A stretch of 64,000 nucleotides of DNA from a virus: positions 1-64,000 of the IMG/VR virus record IMGVR_UViG_3300030329_006602, one strand, 5' to 3'. Below, one piece after another: positions 1 through 8,109 of this stretch (positions are counted from its first letter, which is position 1; the number at the start of each line of letters is the position of its first letter). The position numbers and the translations under genes are program-made. The notes beneath the pieces are model-generated. The model was not told where the DNA came from, did not search any database, and saw only the letters and a list, made by a program, of their open reading frames with translations.

Positions 1-854
1 CCGCCACCAGCCCCTGCCCCTACGGCAGCAGAGCCAATTCCTGCGCCAACTCCTCTACTAGGAAAGTTGTAGGCATAAAGTTCCCCTCCTTTACCAAGGC
101 CATAGCCGTTGCCTTTTTCAGCTTTATCAAAATCTATATCACCCAACTCTGGTTCATCCCTAGCTAGGGTTAATCCAGCAAAATCTATATTATCTTCCGC
201 CTCTATTCCGATTTCCTTTTCGCGTTCCGCTAGGCGCCGATCTAATAGGCCACGGTCTTCATTGCTCTCGCGAATCGCCCTGTCTAATGCGCCTACATCT
301 ACTCCATTGATGTCATTATCGCGGAGGAGGTCCCTTCTATTTAAAACATCCCTGTCTCCCCGCCCCACAATATGATCGTCCACAACACCACCAATATGAT
401 CTCTATTGTAAATTCTCTCATCTCTATCAATTATACCAACGCTTCTGTCGTTGTCAATATATATTTCGTCGTCCCTGTCGCGGAGGATTACATGGTTAGG
501 GTTGCCTACAACCGCGACGTGGGGATCAATAACCCTGTCTCCTCGCACTACTATGTCGGGCGCGTTGTCTAGAACCACTCCCGTTAATCTGTCCCTCCCT
601 ACGCTATGATCCTGTAGTATTTCAACGGGGTGGCGATCTACGTAAACAATTTCGCGATCCACTTCTTTGTGGACTCCATTGAAGAGGTCTCCTTCTTTAT
701 TCCCGAAAACTTCCTCAAGGTCATCAACTGTAGCTATATTAATTTCCGTATCGGAGGGCCTATTGAGAGCTACTAGTAATATAAATAAAAATAGCATGAC
801 ATATCCAGCTATTAAATTAATGATCGAGAATCGTTTTAGTTTTTTGTTATTCAT
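1..854 (-). CDS. Membrane-anchored Asp/Arg/Gly-rich protein, runs off the window start (3' truncated; not in ORF track)
   Basis: ATG at 854; hand translation MNNKKLKRFSIINLIAGYVMLFLFILLVAL (TM) ... SAAVGAGAGG appears open to the window edge. Confidence 0.75.
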   Translation of the reverse strand, partial: MNNKKLKRFSIINLIAGYVMLFLFILLVALNRPSDTEINIATVDDLEEVFGNKEGDLFNGVHKEVDREIVYVDRHPVEILQDHSVGRDRLTGVVLDNAPDIVVRGDRVIDPHVAVVGNPNHVILRDRDDEIYIDNDRSVGIIDRDERIYNRDHIGGVVDDHIVGRGDRDVLNRRDLLRDNDINGVDVGALDRAIRESNEDRGLLDRRLAEREKEIGIEAEDNIDFAGLTLARDEPELGDIDFDKAEKGNGYGLGKGGELYAYNFPSRGVGAGIGSAAVGAGAGG

Positions 855-856
855 AA

Positions 857-882
857 TATATCGTCCACTGGTGGTGGGTTTT
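857..882. repeat. Dispersed 26-nt intergenic element, copy 1 (TATATCGTCCACTGGTGGTGGGTTTT)
   Basis: 24/26 identical to 36600-36625. Confidence 0.8.
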
Positions 883-908
883 GTTTTAAAAAAAATTTTC
901 TTTATAGG

Positions 909-1052
909 TTATTTACACTTGCAGTCTTCGCAACTTGCGTTACACCCACATGCTTCGCAGCGACAGATCTTATCGCCATTACACTTGTGAGTAAGTTTTA
1001 CGTGACTACAGGAGGTAGCCATTAAGGTTAGTGTTAATATTAGGAGTTTCAT
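909..1052 (-). CDS. 47-aa Cys-rich metallothionein-like lipoprotein (not in ORF track)
   Basis: MKLLILTLTLMATSCSHVKLTHKCNGDKICRCEACGCNASCEDCKCK*; ATGA overlap with upstream stop; signal peptide, lipobox-like ATSC, 8 further Cys. Confidence 0.8.
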   Translation of the reverse strand: MKLLILTLTLMATSCSHVKLTHKCNGDKICRCEACGCNASCEDCKCK

Positions 1053-1519
1053 TTGCTTTTATTTTGTGTGTTTTGAGATTCTTTAAATTTTTTTAGAAGG
1101 ATGAGTCGTTCCTGCGCCCCTCTTCTATAGTTTCCGTTGGAGTCTTTTTCATAAACGAGCCTTAAGGTTTCCACTGCGCCATTTTTTACTCCTGTAGGAA
1201 ACCCATGCGGTATGCCATACGCCTTCCGTGTACGCCACTGAAGGCTAATTTGAGGGGTGATTTGGTTTAACTCCGAAATGAGATCAAGATTATTGTTTAT
1301 TACTTCTTTCGTTGTTTTTTTAATATCTTCCTCGTGAAGGGGGAACCCCGAGGGAATTCCTAGAGCTTTCCTTTTTTTTTGTATTTTGTTATCAAGGTGC
1401 GTAATTATTTCCTGATAACGGAGTCGCAAGGCTTCCTCTTTAGGAGTTGGACGCAAGTCTTTATCCCCCTTTAGGACAGGACTAAGGTATAGAATAAGGG
1501 CTGCTAAAGGGACTCTCAC
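1049..1519 (-). CDS. Hypothetical secreted protein with duplicated GIPxGFP motif
   Basis: N-terminal hydrophobic stretch; KALGIPSGFP / KAYGIPHGFP; coupled to neighbours. Confidence 0.7.
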   Translation of the reverse strand: MRVPLAALILYLSPVLKGDKDLRPTPKEEALRLRYQEIITHLDNKIQKKRKALGIPSGFPLHEEDIKKTTKEVINNNLDLISELNQITPQISLQWRTRKAYGIPHGFPTGVKNGAVETLRLVYEKDSNGNYRRGAQERLILLKKFKESQNTQNKSK

Positions 1520-2319
1520 TATTCCCTGCGAGCCTTTGTTTGTATCCTATTTCGTACTTCTTCCGCAAGTGCTTTTTGCGCCGTCTTTAACTCTTGATGT
1601 TTCTCTTTTTGTGACTCTTTAAAGGCCTCTAAAAGTGCCGACTTCTCTTCTTTGGATTTTCCTTTAAGCTCTTGAGATAAGGATTTTCGAGCCAGGTCGA
1701 GACTGTTTTTGAGAAGTTTTACTTCCGCGAGTTTTGCTTTGACTTGGGGGGAAGGTTCGGGGCGTTTCGGACGCTCGGGCTTGTTATCTTTATGCCATTC
1801 TTGAATTTGCTTTCCAATATGTGTGGCATCCTCTATGCGTTCGGCATTCTCCTTGCGGAATGCTTCTACGACTTTTCTGACCTCCTCCTTGGTCGCCCCT
1901 TTTTCAAGTGCATCAATCTTTCTCTTGAGTGCTGCGCGCAGGGAGTCTTGAATCTTTTTATGTAGTTCAATCTTTTCTTTAATTTCCTTTGGTGGTCGTG
2001 GGACAGGCTGTATGGGGGGAATTGGTTTGGGTTTTTGTCCCTCAACGGGTTTTGTAGGCTTCTCCCTTTCCTTCTCTGCATCTTTTTTAAGGTTATTTTT
2101 AATCCAATGTGCTAAGGTAGAGCTTCCCTTGCCAAACCCTCCAGGGAGCGCCACCATATCTCGAGTCTGGATGCGTGGAGGTGGACCCCAATGTCGTGGA
2201 AAAGGCTTTCGTTCGGGACGGTCTACCTTGTCTTTACTTTCCTTGTCTAGGAAAGATCGGGGTTCACTAAATAAAAAGGGACAGAGCCCTAAACAGAGAA
2301 TTAAAATAAGCTTCTTCAT
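1519..2319 (-). CDS. Secreted Lys/Glu-rich helical protein
   Basis: Signal peptide MKKLILILCLGL; compact motif PFPRHWGPPPRIQTRD..LPGGFGKGSSTLAHWI; coiled-coil C-terminus. Confidence 0.75.
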   Translation of the reverse strand: MKKLILILCLGLCPFLFSEPRSFLDKESKDKVDRPERKPFPRHWGPPPRIQTRDMVALPGGFGKGSSTLAHWIKNNLKKDAEKEREKPTKPVEGQKPKPIPPIQPVPRPPKEIKEKIELHKKIQDSLRAALKRKIDALEKGATKEEVRKVVEAFRKENAERIEDATHIGKQIQEWHKDNKPERPKRPEPSPQVKAKLAEVKLLKNSLDLARKSLSQELKGKSKEEKSALLEAFKESQKEKHQELKTAQKALAEEVRNRIQTKARRE

Positions 2320-2328
2320 AGTGCTATA

Positions 2329-2357
2329 ATATTACACTATATAGCACCTAATGTCAA
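2329..2357 (-). promoter_or_regulatory. sigma70-type promoter overlapping a GTGTA motif
   Basis: TTGACA-17 nt-TAATAT on minus strand; GTGTA at 2333-2337. Confidence 0.6.
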
Positions 2358-2599
2358 GGATTTTTTTCTTTAGCCTCTCTTACTTGCCTGATTCGTTCTC
2401 TCATATATTCTTGAAAGAAAAAGTGGTAGGCCTCCTCATCTTCGTTTTCTACTGCCACTTTAATTTCGTGTTTAAAAACTTCCGCCCAGTCTCTGTTCTC
2501 CTCCTTAAGGGCCGTATCTATTGGCTGAGGGTCGTGTTTAACCATGACAGGGCTGCAAGCACTACAAAGTGCAAGCATAACGAGCGCGACAGCCTTCAT
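2354..2599 (-). CDS. Small lipoprotein
   Basis: Signal peptide with LCSAC lipobox. Confidence 0.7.
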   Translation of the reverse strand: MKAVALVMLALCSACSPVMVKHDPQPIDTALKEENRDWAEVFKHEIKVAVENEDEEAYHFFFQEYMRERIRQVREAKEKNP

Positions 2600-2600
2600 T

Positions 2601-2840
2601 CTACTCCTTGTTTTGGACGAGGTCGTAGAGTTTGCGTATATCTACACGCCTATCTTCCAACCGTTTATTTGCCGAGAGCCACCTTTCCTTGTCTCTTACT
2701 TCGTTTTTTGCAAGAGTCACTTGTATTGAGTTTACAAGTGTCTCAAGTTCTTCGAGCCGTTTATTTTCGCGCTTAAGGAAGTATCCTATTACAGAGATAG
2801 CTGTCCCTATGCCAACCAGTATGAATTCATTGTACTCCAT
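2601..2840 (-). CDS. Small protein, N-terminal TM plus coiled coil (holin/spanin-like)
   Basis: One TM helix then heptad pattern; GTGTA motif 9 nt upstream of ATG. Confidence 0.6.
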   Translation of the reverse strand: MEYNEFILVGIGTAISVIGYFLKRENKRLEELETLVNSIQVTLAKNEVRDKERWLSANKRLEDRRVDIRKLYDLVQNKE

Positions 2841-2854
2841 ACCGTACTATACAC

Positions 2855-2878
2855 AAAAGCGCCCTCCAAAAAGGGCGC
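2855..2878 (-). terminator. Rho-independent terminator after hsp20
   Basis: GCGCCCT/AGGGCGC stem followed by T-run on minus strand. Confidence 0.65.
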
Positions 2879-2901
2879 CTCTGAGGGTTTTGGGGTTAAA
2901 A

Positions 2902-3384
2902 TTAAAGAATTTTTACCTTCTTAGGGCTCGCTGCTTCCTTTTTTGGAACGCTAATTAAGAGTATTCCATTGCTGAAGTCTGCTTTAATTTTTTTTGAGTT
3001 AAAATTTGAGCCCAACTTAAAGGAGCGCTTAAAAGAGGAGCGTTTTAATTCCTTGCGGATATATCTGGTGTTGGTATCCTCTGTGTGACTATGCTTTAAG
3101 CCTGAGACCGTTAACACATTCTCTTCGAGGTCTACTGAAACTTCCTCCTTGGTGAGTCCAGGAATTTCTGCCTCGATAGTAATCTTATCGTCGTGATCAA
3201 TAACATCTACCTTGGGGTAGCTATTCTTTTCAAAAAAGCCTACGCCAAAATCTTCAGCGAGACTGGGGAACGCTTTGCCGATTACATTGTCAAATAAAGC
3301 GTCAAATGGAGTCAGGAATTCGTCCCGACTAAACGTGGATGGAACTATTGCGGATGTTCCGAGTCCTCTACTATACTGTGTCAT
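2902..3384 (-). CDS. hsp20: Hsp20/alpha-crystallin small heat-shock protein
   Basis: YPKVDV..EAEIPG..VDLEENVLTVSG..SFKRSFKL..KADFSNGILLISVPK. Confidence 0.95.
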   Translation of the reverse strand: MTQYSRGLGTSAIVPSTFSRDEFLTPFDALFDNVIGKAFPSLAEDFGVGFFEKNSYPKVDVIDHDDKITIEAEIPGLTKEEVSVDLEENVLTVSGLKHSHTEDTNTRYIRKELKRSSFKRSFKLGSNFNSKKIKADFSNGILLISVPKKEAASPKKVKIL

Positions 3385-3455
3385 ATTTATCCTTGGGTTA
3401 GTGATTATGAGCCCTTGCGGCGCTCGCGAAACCTCTTTTGAGTATTTCTACCTAT

Positions 3456-3484
3456 ATAGTAGCACAAAGTATGCCAAAAGTCAA
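3456..3484 (-). promoter_or_regulatory. Nested sigma70 and sigma54-like promoter of hsp20
   Basis: TTGACT-17 nt-TACTAT whose spacer holds TTGGCATACTTTGTGC (GG-N10-GC). Confidence 0.6.
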
Positions 3485-3490
3485 GAATTT

Positions 3491-4831
3491 TTAAATAAGT
3501 TCCTTTATAGGGGTCGTGTAATCTAAAAGATAGCGAGGGCGACCTGAAGGGTCAATAAGTTGGGTGTCTGCTGGATCAATTCCGCAGTGTTTATAGATGG
3601 TGGCCATTATTTCCTGCACATGTACAGGACGCTCTATTGGCTCTCCCGCTAAATGATCGGTAACTCCTATAACCTGTCCCATTTTCAGTCCCCCGCCTAT
3701 CATAAGAGCGCTTTGCACTTGAGGCCAGTGATCTCTTCCTGCCTTATCATTAACTATGGGGGTGCGCCCAAACTCTCCCCATGCCACCACTAAAACATCT
3801 TTATCTAAACCGCGTTGATAGAGGTCGCTAATCAAGGCCGACAGGGCTAAGTCAAAGGGGGGTAAAATAGCACGCATTTTAGGGTAATTATTATCGTGGG
3901 AATCGAAACCTAGATATCCTCCCCAATTTAACGATACATATCTGGTTCCTGCTTCTACTAGCCTTCGGGCCAAAAGTAACCTCTCGGTTTGTCCTCTCCA
4001 ACGCTCTGGAATTTTATCTACGTAGGGGTTTCTCGTTTTCTGGGGTTCTCTACTGAGGTCCATGGCCTCGGATATTTTTCCCGAAAGAACCATGTTTACC
4101 GACTCTTGGGCATACTGATCAAATAGCTCCATGTTCTGCGAATTATCCCAGTGGCGTTTTATTTTATCTAAACTCCCTAAGAGTCCCACCCGATCATGCA
4201 ACCTTTTCTCAGGAATTGTGGGGTGAAAATTGGCGGGACTAACCTGAGGATTAAAGGGAGCATAACGTGGGCCGAGCCAACCATGCTGCACCTCTTCTTG
4301 GGACCCTCCCGTTTTGTCCCAAACAAAGGCGGGCATCCCATCCCTTCCTCCTAGAATCTTACTAATCACTCCTCCTATAGGAGGAGCTCCACCAATAGCA
4401 CGCATGGCAGGCTTCGGGAGTCCTAATCCTGGATAACCTAATTGTGTGGTGTCATAGTTATGTTTATTAACATTACCAATAACTGTTCGGATGATAGTAA
4501 ATTTGTCTGTGAGTTGAGCTAAATGTGGCAAAAGCTCACAAATATGAGTGCCTGGAACCTTGGTCCGTATGGGTGAAAATTCTCCGCGCAACTCTAGGCT
4601 GGAATTCGGCTTCATATCGAAGGTATCCATTTGGGGAGGGCCCCCTTCTAGATGTAAATTTATTACGGCCTTATAGGAAGGATGCGGGTTGTTTTGTGCA
4701 GCTTGAAGTCGTAGCACATCAGGGGCTGCCAAATTTCCAAATCCTAATCCCAATGCTCCTACTTTAAGGAAATTTCTCCGTGAAATTCCATCACAAAATC
4801 CGTCAATGACGTCTCCCTTTATCGTAAGCAT
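3491..4831 (-). CDS. DUF1501 family protein, Tat-exported
   Basis: CDGISRRNFLKVG twin-arginine; GGPPQMDTFDMKP; LLLARRLVEAG; FDSHDNN; WGEFGRTP..GRDHWP. Confidence 0.92.
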   Translation of the reverse strand: MLTIKGDVIDGFCDGISRRNFLKVGALGLGFGNLAAPDVLRLQAAQNNPHPSYKAVINLHLEGGPPQMDTFDMKPNSSLELRGEFSPIRTKVPGTHICELLPHLAQLTDKFTIIRTVIGNVNKHNYDTTQLGYPGLGLPKPAMRAIGGAPPIGGVISKILGGRDGMPAFVWDKTGGSQEEVQHGWLGPRYAPFNPQVSPANFHPTIPEKRLHDRVGLLGSLDKIKRHWDNSQNMELFDQYAQESVNMVLSGKISEAMDLSREPQKTRNPYVDKIPERWRGQTERLLLARRLVEAGTRYVSLNWGGYLGFDSHDNNYPKMRAILPPFDLALSALISDLYQRGLDKDVLVVAWGEFGRTPIVNDKAGRDHWPQVQSALMIGGGLKMGQVIGVTDHLAGEPIERPVHVQEIMATIYKHCGIDPADTQLIDPSGRPRYLLDYTTPIKELI

Positions 4832-4834
4832 TAA

Positions 4835-5152
4835 TTAACTAAAAGATTTTCCACAGCCGCACGTAGCTTGAGCATTGGGATTCTTAATCTCGAATCCCTT
4901 GCCGCTCAAACCATCATCAAAATCTATTTCTACTCCTCTCAGATAGTCGGTGCTAGATCTCTCTACAAAAAGGGTCACCCCTTGGGACTCGACTTTTACA
5001 TCTTCCTTTTGCGGTACCCCGAACGTCATTTTATATTCGAAACCCGAGCATCCTCCTGGGTCCACAAAAACACGCAATCTCTGAGAAGGATCTTCCCGTT
5101 TTTTTTGGAGTGATTCGACTTGGAGGCCCGCGCGCTGGGTTAAGGTGATCAT
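4835..5152 (-). CDS. iscA: A-type Fe-S cluster carrier (IscA/ErpA/HesB family)
   Basis: GGCSGFEY and NPNAQATCGCGKSF; all three conserved Cys present. Confidence 0.95.
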   Translation of the reverse strand: MITLTQRAGLQVESLQKKREDPSQRLRVFVDPGGCSGFEYKMTFGVPQKEDVKVESQGVTLFVERSSTDYLRGVEIDFDDGLSGKGFEIKNPNAQATCGCGKSFS

Positions 5153-6435
5153 GAAAATAATTCTGTCAGTATTCTTCCTTGATTTAAAATTGGGTGGGGC
5201 CTGCCGCTGTGGTCGTAGTAGTGGTGCTTGATGTTCACTCCCATATGTTCATAGAGTGTGGCTAATACATCGGGAGGAGTAATTCCTACTACGGGTTCAG
5301 ACCCCGTCTTGTCGCTCTCTCCAGCCAGCCTTCCCCCTTTAATTTTTCCTCCTGCAATAGCTGCAGCCATAGAGCGAGACCAGTGATCCCTGCCTGCATT
5401 AGCGTTAATTTTAGGGGTGCGGCCAAATTCTCCCCAAGCAACCACCATCACATCATCTATTAGACCCCGCGCATGAAGGTCAATTATTAAGGCGCTAAAA
5501 GCTTTATCAAACTGGGGTAAATTGTTATTGCCCATAGATTTGTCGCTATTTTGGTGGGTGTCCCATCCAAAAGGAGTTTTAACGGTCACCATTTTCACTC
5601 CATTCTCTACTAAGCGGCGCGCTAATAACAAATCTCTACCAAAACCTGGCCCGTAAAGGTCTTTGGTAAAAGTGGATTCCTTTTCTATATTAAATGCATT
5701 TGCCGCTTTACCGCTGGTCAATAGTCCCTGAGCCTTCAAGTTGAACTCGTCGATGGATTTAACCATTCCCGATTTATCTAATACTTTTCTAAACTTATCA
5801 AAGGACTTCAAAAGATCCCCCCTATTATCCACTCTATTGATGGTGAGCGAGTCATCTAGGGTAAAATTGGTATCTTTATAATCCTCGGTGCTCGAAGGAC
5901 GCTGTTTGGTTTGATAGGGTCCAAATTCATGCCCCAGATAACCTGGGTAGGTTCCCCGAGTATGATTTGGAATAACTACATAAGGAGGAACTTGTGTGTT
6001 GGACTTGGCGTGTTCGGCAATAGTGGCACCAATACTGGGGTAAAAGTTTTGTTGTTGGTTGGGCTCCACAGCCTTATACCCAGAGTTCATTATTTCATGG
6101 GCTGAACTATGGTTGTTATTGGTGTGATGAAGCCCTCTGATAATCGACCATTTGTCCATGCAGTCGGCACAATTTACTAAGTGTTCGGGGAGCTGAATTC
6201 CATTCACATTAGTAGAGATAGCTTTAAAGTGTCCTTTGTAGGGTTGGGGGGCATCGGGTTTCGGGTCAAAAGTTTCATGGTGGGAGGGGCCACCGTTCAT
6301 CCATACTATAATTACCGCTTTCTTATTATTTAATGTCTTCGCTTTTGCTTGTAGTTCAATAAGTTGCGGGAGGCTTAAGGAGGTTAGTCCTCCTATGGCC
6401 CCAACCTTAATAAAGGATCGTCGCGAGGTGTTCAT
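5149..6435 (-). CDS. DUF1501 family protein, Tat-exported (second paralog)
   Basis: SRRSFIKVG; GGPSHHETFDPKP; LLLARRLVENGV; WDTHQN; WGEFGRTPKINANAGRDHW. Confidence 0.92.
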   Translation of the reverse strand: MNTSRRSFIKVGAIGGLTSLSLPQLIELQAKAKTLNNKKAVIIVWMNGGPSHHETFDPKPDAPQPYKGHFKAISTNVNGIQLPEHLVNCADCMDKWSIIRGLHHTNNNHSSAHEIMNSGYKAVEPNQQQNFYPSIGATIAEHAKSNTQVPPYVVIPNHTRGTYPGYLGHEFGPYQTKQRPSSTEDYKDTNFTLDDSLTINRVDNRGDLLKSFDKFRKVLDKSGMVKSIDEFNLKAQGLLTSGKAANAFNIEKESTFTKDLYGPGFGRDLLLARRLVENGVKMVTVKTPFGWDTHQNSDKSMGNNNLPQFDKAFSALIIDLHARGLIDDVMVVAWGEFGRTPKINANAGRDHWSRSMAAAIAGGKIKGGRLAGESDKTGSEPVVGITPPDVLATLYEHMGVNIKHHYYDHSGRPHPILNQGRILTELFS

Positions 6436-6449
6436 GTATGCATATACAC

Positions 6450-6479
6450 AAAAACCGCCCCCAATAGGAGGCGGTTTTT
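6450..6479. terminator. Bidirectional-type intrinsic terminator
   Basis: AAAAACCGCC-N10-GGCGGTTTTT inverted repeat. Confidence 0.75.
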
Positions 6480-6496
6480 GAACTAGAGGACTCTCT

Positions 6497-6745
6497 TTAC
6501 TTGCCCTTGGAGCAGCAGCTCTGCTTCTGAAGGAGTCCCACGATTAGAAGAAGGGTAATTAAACCAGCCAGGCTAGCTCCCTCACCAACAAAGCCATTTA
6601 CGATAGCCTGAAGGTTACTAATCACGTTCATCCCTGCTTCCTCACCGAAAACCACTTGTGCGAGAACAAGAAGTCCGATGACTGACGTTAACACTGTAAA
6701 TAGTCCACCGATGGCAGACTTAACTGTATTTGCTATATTATCCAT
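6497..6745 (-). CDS. Small two-TM membrane protein
   Basis: Two hydrophobic segments; directly downstream of the beta-barrel gene. Confidence 0.75.
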   Translation of the reverse strand: MDNIANTVKSAIGGLFTVLTSVIGLLVLAQVVFGEEAGMNVISNLQAIVNGFVGEGASLAGLITLLLIVGLLQKQSCCSKGK

Positions 6746-6758
6746 ATATTATTTGGGG

Positions 6759-7430
6759 TTAAAATTTAAGACGCAATCCGAGACCCCATACGGTCTCATA
6801 ATCACGAGTGTCGGTATCCGAAAGGGCTACATCAGCATAAACATTAAGGTTTTCCTTTAAGGTTTTAGAGGCTGTTACCCGCGCGCCATAATAAGTGGAA
6901 TCGGTAGTAGAGGTTAGGTCGGTTTGACCTAGAACACCCGCCACCTCCAGATTAACGACGTCTAAGTCGAAATCATGACTCAATTCCCCCTCAAAAGTAT
7001 ACAGGCTGTCATCTGTATCCCTATAGAGGCTCACTGAGGGCGATAGAAGGGTGTTTAATCCCAGCGAGGCAAAAGCCTCTAGGTTATCCCCGTTAGAACT
7101 GTTAGAGGTATTATAAACCCCCGCATAAGCATTGAGCTTATTATCCAACAAGGAAGTTCCCAGCCCTAAAACTGCCTCGTCGCTGTCGGCGCTTGAAGCT
7201 GAGGTGGCCTGATTGGTAAATAGATCCCCGAAGAAATCTACTTGTCCCACTCCCACATTAAATCCCACCTGAGCCTGAATGGCCTCATCAGAGACAATTT
7301 GGCCTCGGCGGTGGTAATCGGAGGTATATTTGGTACCAGCGTTACCCTTGACGTTAAGATCCTCTGCCGCAGCAAAGGTGAATGATAGTCCTAGAAGGAC
7401 AGTAATTAGTGATACTAATTTAGTTTTCAT
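6759..7430 (-). CDS. Outer-membrane beta-barrel protein (TIGR02001/Gcw_chp-like)
   Basis: Signal peptide; YTSDYHRRG motif (family form SDYxFRG); amphipathic strands; C-terminal Phe (GLGLRLKF). Confidence 0.8.
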   Translation of the reverse strand: MKTKLVSLITVLLGLSFTFAAAEDLNVKGNAGTKYTSDYHRRGQIVSDEAIQAQVGFNVGVGQVDFFGDLFTNQATSASSADSDEAVLGLGTSLLDNKLNAYAGVYNTSNSSNGDNLEAFASLGLNTLLSPSVSLYRDTDDSLYTFEGELSHDFDLDVVNLEVAGVLGQTDLTSTTDSTYYGARVTASKTLKENLNVYADVALSDTDTRDYETVWGLGLRLKF

Positions 7431-7477
7431 AAGTTATTAAATACAGTTATGTTGTTGTAAAGGGAGATTTTAAGTTT

Positions 7478-7687
7478 CTAATTTGTTTTTTCAAATTTAT
7501 TATCGCCGATATACCTAATCGCTTGTATAAATTCCTCTCCCAGCATGGATTCTTTGGGGGAAAATCTACTCAGGTGTTTTCTTGTTGGGTTAAAGTCGTG
7601 CGCCCGTTTATATATGTAATATATTTGCCCAACGACAAAGAGTCCTTGTGCTTGCACGCCGCTTAGGTCCACCTCTTCTTGACTCAT
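7478..7687 (-). CDS. Hypothetical protein
   Basis: Likely start MSQEE in ATGA overlap with the QueF-like stop. Confidence 0.55.
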   Translation of the reverse strand: MSQEEVDLSGVQAQGLFVVGQIYYIYKRAHDFNPTRKHLSRFSPKESMLGEEFIQAIRYIGDNKFEKTN

Positions 7688-8109
7688 ACCACTATCGACC
7701 ACTCATCATGAGGGTCGGACCAATCTTTATATTTTTCTTCTCCACCCCTTACGGACCAATCGGAATCGATGGCGAGTTTAGAGGAGATTCCCCCTCGTGG
7801 ATTGAAAATCATCACGAGCCTCAGCCTGTCGGGCTTATATGTTTTCATTAAATCCGCATAGAAAATATTAATTAAGCGTTCATATGATACCACGATATCC
7901 CGCAGGTGAAAGACGTAATGCTTTAAACTTTTGAGTTCAATAACCTTGTCCTCTGGATAGAAACTCAAGTACGCATTAGCAAAGTCGGGCTGCTCTTTTA
8001 CCCCCAAGAAAGTGAACTCTGGGATTTTTATTTTAATCTCATACGCTTCCTTTGATGGATTGGGTATGGATTTAAGAATAGAACTATTAATATCTGTATA
8101 GGTTTTCAT
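7684..8109 (-). CDS. QueF-family T-fold protein lacking the catalytic cysteine
   Basis: PEFTFLG..QPDFA, QueF motif ELKSLKHY, FNPRGGIS; no Cys anywhere in the protein. Confidence 0.85.
   Translation of the reverse strand: MKTYTDINSSILKSIPNPSKEAYEIKIKIPEFTFLGVKEQPDFANAYLSFYPEDKVIELKSLKHYVFHLRDIVVSYERLINIFYADLMKTYKPDRLRLVMIFNPRGGISSKLAIDSDWSVRGGEEKYKDWSDPHDEWSIVV

Noticed and set aside
109-990. Plus-strand ORFs in the track
   Set aside because: Shadows of the real minus-strand genes (1-854 and 909-1052); the same applies to most short plus-strand ORFs up to 60.6 kb
3456-3480. CIRCE/HrcA operator upstream of hsp20
   Set aside because: Half-sites only loosely resemble TTAGCACTC and the 9-nt spacing is absent
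7684-8109. Complete 7-deazaguanine DNA-modification pathway
   Set aside because: No folE, queD, queE, queC or dpdA in the window, and the QueF homolog lacks its catalytic Cys
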